DNA of 64,000 nt from Octopus sinensis (Eukaryota). The DNA is taken from contig NC_042999.1 of NCBI RefSeq assembly GCF_006345805.1, positions 86,986,001 through 87,050,000 of the forward strand, given 5' to 3'. The notes under the pieces were generated by a model. It ran no database searches, was not told where the DNA came from, and saw nothing but the letters and a program-made list of their open reading frames with translations. The number at the start of each line of letters is the position of its first letter. Position 1 is the first letter of the stretch. Position numbers and translations under genes: made by a program. Shown here one piece after another: positions 51,945 through 64,000 of the stretch.

Positions 51945-51989
<45 letters not shown>

Positions 51990-52451
51990 GGTCAATAAAA
52001 ATCTCTGTAATTATCCCCAACCATTTTAACTCCTTTTCCTTTACAAGTTTTTGATGATACTTCTACTTCAGTTGAAGTATCTTTCTATGCCATGAAATTA
52101 AGTGCTCCATCTTTCAAGAAAGTATTGTATCAATCTATAACCAAAGGTTATTGAAGAGTCACTTTAACTATTTAAAGAAGACATAGAAACTTATATTTCT
52201 TTCCATTTATTTTTAGAGATTTCAAAATTTCTGTTGCACAACTTGAACTTGGTCACTGATATGGTTCCACTGCAGCAGTTTGAAATTTAAAGATCATACC
52301 TCAGAATAAAATGGATCAATGTATTTGCTTCAATTGCTTCTACTGGTGCAACATATAAAGCACTACATGTAAATTGCCCGGGTGGGCATTATGTATAACG
52401 CGCCCATGTGGGCACCACTTGTAATGTGCCATGTGTAATGTGTTTGTGCAC

Positions 52452-52870
52452 GCACCACGTATAATGTGCCCGTGCAGGCACCACGTATAATGTGCCCGTG
52501 CAGGCACCACGTATAATGTGCCCGTGCAGGCACCACGTATAATGTGCCCGTGCAGGCACCACGTATAATGTGCCCGTGCAGGCACCACGTATAATGTGCC
52601 CGTGCAGGCACCACGTATAATGTGCCCATGAAGGCACCACGTATAATGTGCCCATGAAGGCACCACATATAATGTGCCCGTGAAGGCACCACGTATAATG
52701 TGCCTGTGAAGGCACCACATATGTGCCCGTGAAGGCACCACGTATAATGTGCCCGTGAAGGCACCACGTATAATGTGCCTGTGAAGGCACCACATATAAT
52801 GTGCCTGTGCAGGTACCACATATGTGCTTGTGCAGGTACCACGTATAAAACGCCCGTGCAGGTGCCATGG
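52452..52870. repeat. 26-bp minisatellite (gcaccacgtataatgtgcccgtgcag) inside a family-D SINE
   Basis: Period 26 read directly, about 16 units, grading into degenerate units and then the family-D body at ~52990-53155. Confidence 0.92.
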
Positions 52871-53624
52871 GTAAAGCACCCATACAGGTGCCACGGGTAA
52901 AGTGCCTGTGCATGCGCCACAAGTAAAGCGTCTGTGCAGGCGCCACAAGTAAAGCACCCGTGCAACAGCCATGTATAAAGTACTCTTGATGGTGCCAGTA
53001 AACTGTGTATTGGTTGGTGTTAGGAAGAGCATCCAGCTGTAGAAACATCAAAAACAGATGGAGCCTGGTGCAGCTCTTCAGCTTGCTAGCTCCCCAAGTG
53101 TCCAACCTATGCCAGCATGAAATATGGATGCTAAATTACGATAATGATGACATGATCAAGTCACTTTGCAGACCAACACAACCATAGATCATTATTGTTA
53201 CATCAAGCATTTTCTCAATAAATGAATTATGCAATATATTCAAGTATTGAGAACAACCTGAGAGTTTCATATGTATAACATGGCATTCTGGTTTGGAAAT
53301 TACAAAAAAAATACACTTAGAAAAGAATATTTGCAATCTTCTCATTTGAATATGATTTGAGATTAATATTTTAAATATCAAGCATAACCACTTAACATTT
53401 TTAATTTTAAACAAATGTTGTAGAATAAAAACTCGATCTTAGTCAAATGAGACTTCAATCTGGTTTTGATTCATAAATGAAACTGTATTACTAATATACT
53501 TGGGAGTGTCCTAACTTCCCATATCTTCTTTCTGAGAAAAAAAAATCTTAAAATTCCTGCTCATATAAGAAGCTAATAATCTAAGAACCTGACATTAAGA
53601 ACCATATTTAAAGAACTAAATTTA

Positions 53625-53810
<186 letters not shown>

Positions 53811-56800
53811 CTAAAAATAAAGATAAACTTTATGAGAAATATACTGCAACAATCTAACAAACTATAAACATGAAGAAATAAAATGCAATAAAACGTTTAT
53901 TTTAAATCTGAAACACAAAACATAACTGAAAACCTATACTTACTATTTATTAATAGATTTTAGAAAATGATATACATACTTAATACATGCTGATACAACA
54001 GTTTAATGTATGATAAAGCCATACCAATTAGTTTCTTAGTCTAGTTTTATCTCAAATATTTTGTCTGCCACTTCTATAGACATTACTGGTAAAATATGTG
54101 AGTAGTGTTGATTGTACTATTTTTGATATTGTAGATTATATTTTATTGGGTATTTCCACACAGATACCGACTGGTCTTCATGATTCTGTAGCAAAATGCT
54201 TTTAAACAGACGTAGCTGTGTTGTTCCTAATCACATGGTCTCAGGCTCAGTATCATTTTGTATTACTTTGAGCAAGCGTCATACCATAGCCTAGAGCCAA
54301 TGAAAGCCTTATGAGGGAATCTAGTAGATAGAAAGAAGCCTTTGGTATATACATTTGAAAGAGCCCACTGTGAGTGTATGTGAAATATATCTGTTGCGTG
54401 TGTGTATATTTAGATCTGAGCTTTGATGAAAAGTCACTGATCAATAACTAGATCATTTCTCTTAAATCATCTGCTGGTATTGTACTTTCAAAAAATATGT
54501 GAAATACAAGAACTTTACTTGAAAATAGGGCAAGGGTGAGCAATAATTGAAAGCAACCCACTGGTCCATATATTTTATAATCACATTGCATATTCTATGG
54601 AGTCACTTCTTTTTTTTTAGAATCAGATATAACACAACAGTTTTTAAAACTGCACTTAGCTTATTATCCAAGCTGTTTATATATGACATAAGGCTCAACT
54701 AGTAGCTGCAGCAAAGCCAGTCAAGATAGACTCAGTCAATACATGATGGGCACACTCCTCAGGCTATATATATTGTTAGAAAACTAAGCACAGTTTTAAA
54801 AACTTGTGATTTTGAATTGTATGAGGTTTTCTTAATGTATAGTAAAAAAATATAACAGTAGTACATTATTTAATTTCTTTTTAAGTATTATTGCATAACA
54901 AAGTAACAGATTCTTATAAGGATGGTCAAAACAATGCTACATACTCCACTTCTTTCAGAAATTAGAGAAATTATAACATCTCGCACATTTACATTTTGCC
55001 TGCATTGCATCATGTTTTATCCATTAGTCATTTTTGATGTGACTATATATATACAGTTAAGAACATAGTCTGTAGTCAGGAAGCATAGTAACTAGAATAA
55101 GCACAGGTCGGATTAATTTCAGGGAGCTATTACCCGGTGGTAACAATGGGTATCTTTCTCAGAATGAAGCTTGATGCTGAGTAGTGTGAGATATGAGTCT
55201 AAAAAGAAATGAAGTGAGCATGCTCCACTGGGTGAATAACAAGTGTGCCCAAATGACAGAACACAAATGAGTTCTGTGAAAAACTGAACATAAGAGGAAT
55301 CAAATGTAAGCAAGAGAGAAGACTGTTGCTTTGGGCATGTGATGCATATGTGAGAAGGATAGTTGCATAAAGAATAGCTGTGTTTTCAAAGAACTAGAAG
55401 AAGAAGGAAACTGAAGATGATTAAGTCAAAGTGGAGAAGACAGATTTGAAGCTGTTACACCTCATGGAGGAGATGAGAAAGGACTGCATTGATTAGTGAC
55501 ATGCTGTGAAGGAGAAAACTAGCCTGTCTGTCCAGGAATGGCTACACAGATGTAAAAATTTGTGATTGTGTATATAGACATGTGTCTAAGTACATATATG
55601 TATGAACACATGTGTTTGAGTGCGCGTATATACATATTTGTGTGGATGTGTGAGTATAGGTATGTGTATTTGTATAAATGTCAAAACAACATTTTGGTTA
55701 CTTTATCATCCCAGTTATCTCACCATCTTGAAACATGCATAAGCATGTATCCCAGATACTCAACCTATATTATCCCTGGCCATTTGGAATCAACAACTCT
55801 TACCATTTGTCTACCTCTTGCTATCTATTTCTTTTATCTCTTCCATTGATGCCACAAAAGCACAGAGTACATTTCATTAAGTTAGGAGGACCTTTTAGCT
55901 TTATTAAAGATATAAACTCCCTAGAGATGATGCCTTGGAAAAAATGAACCCAGTGCACTGTGTAGTGCGGGTGGCATTAGGAAAAGGAGCTACTAATAGA
56001 AACCAAACCAAAAGTGATATTTATGATCCTCTGACCTATTGAAAAGAGTGGCAATGACCTGTCCATGGAAAGCGAATGTACAATGACGACAACAGCAGAG
56101 GTTCCCAAACTGTTGTCGAACCCCAATATGAAAACGGGAAAAAAAAAGTGCTCAACTCTTATTTGGTTTTTTAAAAAAAGCATCTGATGAACATATTTTC
56201 AAATATATAAAAAAATCTGGCACCCATACTTTTACTTTACAAACAACTGTTGCCATACTAATTTTAATATGACATTATACAAAGCAAAACTTGTTTTAGA
56301 ACTTATTCACAAAAAGCATTTTGTAAAATGGAAAATAAAAAGCTTTTTTTCTTTTTATTTAACTTCCTTGAAAGACACTAGCTCATGGAACATAAGGATT
56401 TCACAGAATTCATTTACATAAACACAGCTATAGAGTATAGTTATTTATAATTACTTAGCAACAACAGGACATTATTCTTGAGTGCAAAAGCATTTTAAAA
56501 TTGGGCACATTCTTTTTTATATATTTGAAAATGTGTTCATCAGATGCTTTTTTTGTTTATTTATTTTGTTTCACTGTGAAATGCTAAATAATAATATAGA
56601 AGCACCTAATGTTGGTATTTCTGAGTACACTTGCATACTCATGAAAGTTAATACTGTGAAACTGTGAAAGAGTTTACCAGATTTAGTTTAATACAAAATG
56701 CTTTAATATCTGTTTAGATTACTCTCGTTAACTATAATTATGAATCCTGTCGCAAACATTCTTCTTATTAATGATTCATCTCAAACATTTTCCTATTTCT

Positions 56801-58731
56801 CTACAAAAGATTTGATGATAAGGCCCTCTCTATTAACACTTAAGCTCCTGAGTCTAACATTTAAGTTCTTTATTTGCTTCAGGTAGAAATATTTTCTGAC
56901 TATGAATAGGAAACTCAGTCTTTATAATACGGTATTCATAATATAAAAAAAAATGAATGATGATTAGCATCTCACAGTTTTGAAGTGATTTTTAAAGTGT
57001 GATGGTATTAATTACATAATTATTCATGAATACTGATGACAGTGTTGTTTCTGGGTCAAAATTGTTGATTCTCATTGCAGACTGCTACTGAACAGCCAAT
57101 TTATGAAAAGTGTGAATGCTTGGTAGAAGGTATCAATCAACCTGCATGTGAATGAAACCAGTGCAGTGGGGGGAAAGCAGATGATGCATTGTTGAGGTAC
57201 TAGAAAAGATACTGCCTTGCAGACTTATTGAAACCATATCAGCAGAGAGGATGTGTAGGTGTGTAATCACAAATAACAATGCAGAGAAGAACAAATGTGA
57301 TAGAAATAACTATGTTCTGTGTTACAGACTAGTCAATAAAGAAAGGGAAGTTTGGAAAGAGTCCATCAGCACACACGACCATGATAACTTGTAATGGCTG
57401 GAGTTCGTAGGGCAGTGGTTCTACAAAATGATTTTATGTTGGTGAAATGATATAAGTAGTAAGTGTTGAAGATGTACAGTATCAGCTCAATAGTCCACTA
57501 CTTTAACCATTTAAGTATTTATGTTAATTTCTGTTACTATTTCAACAGATACCTATGGAATGTATAACATAGTAAAGCAAATATAAATAAAACATATTTA
57601 TATAAATATAAAGTGTATGCATGCGTTACCTACAGTGAATATGTTTATAAAAATTAGCATTCAGATTTTTTCAAAGTTTCTAAAATACATACACTAATAT
57701 ATAAATTCAACAAAATATTACAGCCTCTAACACAGAAATGTGCTATTGATCAAGTCATACATATAACAAATATTATCTAGTAATATTCAAGTGACTATGA
57801 ATTGTCAATAATTTCACTCAATTTTAGACTAAAATCTTATGATTCTGGTTTATTTACCAAGATTCTAACTGAAAATCAAAATAGAAAGAACAACATTCTA
57901 AGGAAACACAGACTAAAGGGATATCAGATAAATCTGTATTATATACATGCAAGCATGTATGTTTATATATTATGTTCAGTGTAAATTTTCTTTCAATTAG
58001 ATGTGCAGCAAAATCCTTTTTTCACTTTATTTCATTTAAGATATTCTATTTGATAGTATTTGATAGTTCAGTCTTCTGTGAGAAAACTACTGCTGTTTGC
58101 CTGATTATTCATTCCCATGTAAGGAATTTTATAGCCAGTAGAAAGGAAAATAGTTTAAGACAGCACTTTAGGAGCTATTCTTAAAACCTATCACCATAAT
58201 CTGCCTAGGCCTCTCATATTTAAAATGGAGTAGTTCTAAAATTAGTTAACTGATACTAAACAGCTTTCAGAAAGGTTAGTTTAACCTAATAAACATGTAC
58301 CATATCTAGAGAAAAAGCAGGCTGTGTGTGTGTACAAATATATATATAAATAATGGTGTGAATCATGGGTAGTGAATGCAGATTATCTCCAGCAAATGAG
58401 AATTTAGCCTAATATGCTGAATATAAATTATTAACTTATGAAAACAACTGAGTACAAGCACATGAAGTTACTGGGCATCAAAAATATTGGCTAATGTAAC
58501 TTGGTAACTTTTGAAGAGACTAGATGATACTTGTAGGATACAAAATTATACGGTTTTCATAAGAGGAACAAAAGATACAGGTAATCTATAGTAGGCAATG
58601 ATGCATTGTTAACATGGAAGAAAAATATTACGTTGCAGACTCAACAAATCCATGTCAACAAAGATGCTACAGTGAATGAAATGTATAAACTTACACAAAC
58701 ACACACTCAAAATTACTCAATGTGTACTTAC

Positions 58732-58788
58732 TGTTCCAGCAGTATCAAGGATTTCCAACATACACTGCTGCCCATCAACTTCAACTTG
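58732..58788 (-). CDS. rap1: Rap1 coding exon (57 nt)
   Basis: Encodes QVEVDGQQCMLEILDTAGT (DTAGT with the Rap-specific Thr61); cAG and ACA|GTAAGT boundaries. Confidence 0.96.
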
Positions 58789-59694
58789 CTGAAAAATATA
58801 AAACAAAACCCAGGTCAATAAAATCCTTTTTAAGAAAAAATATCAAAATAGACAAAGCTTTTCACTTTCAAACTCAAAATGAATTGAAATTGTACAGGTA
58901 TTTTTCGTTATAGCCTTTAAATTACAATAATTTAAAACAAAATACTCAAAAATATAATCACTTTTTAATAAATTGAAATATATCAAGTTATTTTAAATAA
59001 AATTTTGTTTCTTGACTAGGCTACAGAATACACCACCAAATTTCCAGCACAGATGATTCAGCATCTCTTAATCCAGATGTTACAAAGAGACTTGAATTCC
59101 CCATGACCCGCTAGACTAGATCAATAAGTGATAATATGAAACAAATTGGAAACAATCTCCCCACCTCTCATTTATAATATGAAGGCAGGCACAAAACCTG
59201 AAGATCACCCTCTTAAAATGTAACTGTAAAGAGCATGCTAACAAATAACTTGCTTTCCCAATAGAGACTACAGTGTCCTAGCATGAAAGAAAAGTAAATA
59301 TATGCACTTTATAGTTACATTTCAAGACAAAGAGCCTGAGAGAGAAGGGTAGTGTGTGGTATTAGATTTAGTTTTAAATATTTACATCTGCACACTGTAG
59401 TTGAGAAATAGGAGGGAGGAGTAATGTTTCCACCTTCATAACGTTTTTATGAACAAACAAAAAACGTATTGCAAAAAAGAATAACAAGGGTAGAGTCATT
59501 ATTCTACCACTGCTAATCCAGCAAACTGGATAATTCAGCATGGGATTAGAACCATGGATGCCAGAAGACAGCTAGTGTATGAAATAAGCATTATCTTAAT
59601 TAATCTTTTTGTTGATTTTTTTATTAATAAATAGATTCCTTTTACCATATTTCTAGTAAAATCTATAATTATTGATTCCAAAATTACACTGCTA

Positions 59695-59793
<99 letters not shown>

Positions 59794-61932
59794 CTAGTGT
59801 AGGAAACAAAAAATAATATTTATTAAAATTAGGATAATTAAATTCCTTTTAAGAGGCATGAATTACAATTTTAATTTCTGATATTTGCACACAATCACAA
59901 ATTTGTAGCAAACTGACTGACCCTGGTAAATAAGTGGTGCTTTTCAGTCCTGAAGTGAAAGACAAAATTCATCCCTGACAAAATTTGAACTCATAACAAA
60001 AAACAAAACATTGTAAGGCATTTTGTCTTATAACTTTAGTATGTGTTACACAGTTGTCCAGAAAATTAATCAAAAGAGCAAAAAAAGAAAAAAGGAAAAA
60101 TTTTTTTTTTTTAAATCAACATTTTAAACCAATTTTATACATCTATAATTGAACAATACAACATTGAAGACCAACTATTTAAAACAAAAAGCTGCAAGTT
60201 CATATTACAATAATATATTTTCTGACCAAGTATCAAAACAAACTCAAATTTAACCCATGTAATTTGTGCACCTGTGTAATTTATGCAGGTGGCTTTCAGG
60301 ATAAAAACTGTTTAAAAAACCTTCTACTCATGTAAAATTCGCACCCAAAAGTTTTCAGAATTGCCGATATGGCTAGGGGAAAAAGGCTTTCAATTTAGTT
60401 GTATTTAGCATAATTTCACTTATGATTAGATTTTATTAAATTTTCATTAAATAAAATATTTTCTGCTTAACAGGTATCACATTGAAAGCTAATAAATTAG
60501 GAAGTGTTTGTGTTATTATAAACTTTACTTTACATTTCTTGCCCACAAGAGATTATGTCTGATCTTTAGCATACTTCTATATGTCTTCTCAAATCACAAT
60601 CACAAGAAAAGTTGTTGATAATTCTTAACAAAAACAAAGCTGATAAATACGCACAAATGTTGCAAAATAAGTTTAATTACCAATAAACATCAGCTTGGAT
60701 GACACTTTACTCAACTGACAGAGGAAGGTGACTGATCAAACTGATTATGTAAACAGAATTCTGATTGGTCAAAAGTATCTTCTCGTCTCAAGCTCTGATT
60801 TTCTACCTATTCTTGTTGGAACCTTTGATATGGATTATCAAAATTTTAATCCCTTTCACACTTATAAAATGTCAAGTAAGCTTGACATTTATCATTGCCG
60901 TTTTAGTTGAGAGACCAAACTGATAGTTTGGTAACTTGCTAAAGAAAACATCAAAAATCGAAAGGTGAAAATAAACAGCTTTGCAAGTTTAACTCAGTGT
61001 TTATTAAACAAGAGGTGCAAAATTTAAGAAGCGACTTGTTAGCATATACACATCTGTGAGGAGACATAAATAAAAATAGCAAAAATCTACTATACCAAAA
61101 GAAATGGTAATACATACATTATAAGTGTTCTATGAAAAGAACAAAATTGCTGCATAATTCAACATGAATGTGAAACTTAATTACACATATGGTAAATGAA
61201 GGTTTCTGTAGGAATGCTAAGTTATATTCACTTAGTGAGTTTATATGCGCTAGGATGAATTATGTTGTCGGTGTTAGATGCAGTAAAAGCTGGTAGTGGC
61301 AATGTCAGTGGTGATGAATTTCATTATCCTAACATGGAGAAAGCAAGCAGTAGCTTTCTGAAGGCAAACGCAAGCTAGACTTCTTAAGCGGAGAAAAACT
61401 TATCTATTTAAGGAAATTGCTGGGCTCCATTGCGATAGGTAGAAACTCCAAGCAATGTAAAATATGGCCCAGACCGTGATTACCAGCATGAATGTCAAAC
61501 TTCAAAAGGTATTTAACCATTTAATGGTTTTAATAAATTTATACAAAAAAAGTAAGCATTATACTGTCCAGCATAAATAAAAGTCAACTTCATTATATTT
61601 TTTTCTGTAAAAACCTATTCTGACATTAAATAAGTCAACTTTCAGTATGAAAGTTGACATACATTCGTATGTCATTTTTCAAAAAAAATTCTAAAAAAAT
61701 TCTGGAAACAATCTACTCATGTAATTTACACATCACCTAAAGTTTATTTTTGTTTTTGCGAAAAAAAAAGTGTGTAAATTACATGGGTTTCTATGGTAGT
61801 TAAACATTAAAAAAAAAGGGTAAACTTCATTAATCCTTTTAATACCAAACAATTTGAGACCACCTGGTACTTAAGCATTCATATTTAAATTGAAATCTCA
61901 AGACAGTAATATGACATTTTAGTTGGTTAATA

Positions 61933-63571
61933 CAGTACCGTGCAAAAGCCTTTGGCCATTTTAAACTATTGTAAATTTCTACTAATTGCCAAGTGGATGT
62001 TTAGCATTGCACTTTTTACAGATGAAACATTAGCCCTGTTGGAGTCATTTTCATACTTAATCATATTTTGTAGTAGGGGTTCTGAATGAGGGGAAGATGT
62101 GAGATAACCACCAAAAATGGCTGTGCAAAATGTTTTCAGCCATCCCACATAAACAAATCAAGATAAAGTGTTTTAAAACAGATAAATGTTTATAATGAAA
62201 ATTTATAACATGTTCATTTCAAGAAGTTACTGTATATTGTTAATATTTTGTGTAGCTCCCCTTAACTTGAATAATAGCTTCAGTGCACCTGGGAAGAGAT
62301 GTGTACAAATCCTTCACCATCTTCACAAGTATGAGATGCCATTCTCTGTGGTTGACCTCTCACAACTCTTCCACATTGCATGGATTCTTCTGACAAACAC
62401 TTCTCTTTAGTTCTGTCCACATTTGCTTGATATTTAAGTCAGGGTTCTGAGCTGGCCAATCTTCCAATATGATAACACCTTCATCAGCCAGACTGTTGTG
62501 GTGCATGCAATCTGTGACATGGAGTTCCATTATACTGAAAAATCTCACCTTCATCCAAGTCTGATAGCAAATTGTCCTTCAGCAACTTGATGTAATTGGC
62601 ACTATTCAAGTTACTGTCAATTTTAACCGACTTTCTTGAACAATCACTTTTTATGTATCCCCAAAGCATCAGACTCTTGCTCTCAAACTTCACTGTTTTC
62701 ATTGTGTTAACATAGGTTGTCTTGCTTTCCAATAAATGAGAATTTTCCAGAAGGCCTTCAGGAAAGCAAAATGACCCACATTACATGAAGAAAACAGTGA
62801 AGTTTGGGGGTAAGAGTCTGATGCTTTGGGGATACATAAAAAGTGATTGTTCAAGAAAGTCGGTTAAAATTGACAGTAACTTGAATAGTGCCAAATACAT
62901 CAAGTTGCTGAAGAACAATTTGCTATCAGACTTGGATGAAGGTGAGATTTTTCAGCATAATGGAGCTCCATGCCACAGATCACATGCAAAACAATAGAGT
63001 CTGGGTGTTGAAGGTATTACTGTATTGAAAGATTGGCCAGCTCAGAGTTCTGACTTAGATGTCATTGAGCAAATGTGGAGAGAACTAAAGAGAAGAGTTT
63101 TTCAGAAGAATTCACACCATGTTGAAGAGTTGTGGGGGTCAGCCACAGAGAATGGAATCTCATACCTGTGAAAATGGTGAGGGATTTGTATGCATCTCTC
63201 CCCAGGTGCACTGAAGCAATTATGCAAGCTAAGGGAAACCACATGAAATATTAACAATGTACAGTAACTTCATGGAATGAACATTAGGTAATAAATTTTC
63301 ATTATAGACATTTTTCTGTTTTAAAACACTGTATCTTGATTGGTTTATGTGCAGTGGCTGAAAACTTTTGCATGGCTATTTTTGGCAGTTGTCTCGCATC
63401 TTCCCTTCTCATTCAAAATCCATACTACAAAATATGATTAGGTATGGAAACAACTGTAACAGTGCCAATGTTTCATCTGCAAAAAAACAATGCAAAACAT
63501 CCACTTATAGGTTGGCAATTAGTAGAAACTTACAATAGTTTAACATGGCCATAGACTTTCGCACAGTACTG
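61933..63571. mobile_element. Palindromic (foldback) Tc1-derived element made of two inverted 3' halves
   Basis: TA|cagtaccgtgcaaaagcc ... gactttcgcacagtactg|TA. The same transposase C-terminal segment (KSLMLWGYIK..IFQ..G.PCH..WPAQ..DL) is on - at 62732-62360 and on + from 62785 onward; the loop is ~30 nt (62731-62760). Confidence 0.93.
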
Positions 63572-64000
63572 TATATATTAAGTTATAAATATTTTACTAA
63601 ATCCTCTCAAAAATTTTGATTATATTGAAAAATCAACTGAAACAAATACTACTCATTAGAAATACATTCACAAATGGTTAATTCAGATTATAAGTTTTAA
63701 ATATTCAAAACTGAATGCCAATATATAATCACCACAACTTATTGTAAAATAAAACCTGTTTGAGATGCAGTATTATATTTATTATATAGTTGGAGTTTCT
63801 TCAATTTTCAGAAACAATGACAAAGAATTTCAGCAGAGAATTGTAAATCTTAATCATTTTCACATTCCCTTTTCGATGTTTACATGGGTCAGACAAAATC
63901 CATTGAGGAAGATTTTCTATAGTTGGATGCCCTCCCTGTCATTACCCCTTACCTGTTTCCAAGCAAGGTGATATTACCTCATGGCCAGATGTTTTCATAA

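Noticed and set aside
52340-53105. Three long minus-strand ORFs (200-238 aa) and a CRISPR-like periodicity
   Set aside because: These are artefacts of a 26-bp spacerless minisatellite that lacks stops in all frames. There are no unique spacers or cas genes, and the context is eukaryotic.
59800-64000. Search for the first Rap1 coding exon (MREYKLVVLGSGGVGKSAL), and in 1-3200 for earlier Wnt8 exons
   Set aside because: Not found by eye; both genes are taken to extend beyond the window edges.

Overview
AT-rich, microsatellite- and SINE-dense animal genomic DNA. A coleoid cephalopod (Octopus-like) is inferred from the repeat landscape; this is not proven. Two convergent intron-containing genes are supported. 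(1) The last three coding exons of a Wnt8 gene lie on + (3202-3327, 4502-4644, 5542-6039); the 5' exons are left of the window and the final intron needs a GC donor. (2) Five of the six coding exons of a Rap1 GTPase lie on - (59793 to 43898); the first coding exon is right of the window, and an intron follows the stop codon. The ~33 kb between them and the introns are filled with mobile elements: restriction-like-endonuclease LINEs (Dong/R4-like, CRE-like), Penelope-like remnants, RTE and CR1 LINEs, several SINE families, mariner/Tc1/pogo elements and MITEs, a piggyBac derivative, Helitron derivatives and an 8-bp-TSD MITE. The most unusual signal is a set of Penelope-associated minimal hammerhead-ribozyme folds with a non-canonical core (CUGUNGA), three of them spaced 832/840 nt apart like a retrozyme array. 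Also notable are a 1.64-kb palindromic Tc1 derivative in a Rap1 intron, a templated inverted insertion inside a MITE, and an apparent CpG-depleted domain over Rap1. All analysis was by eye; repeat boundaries without TSD/TIR anchors are approximate.
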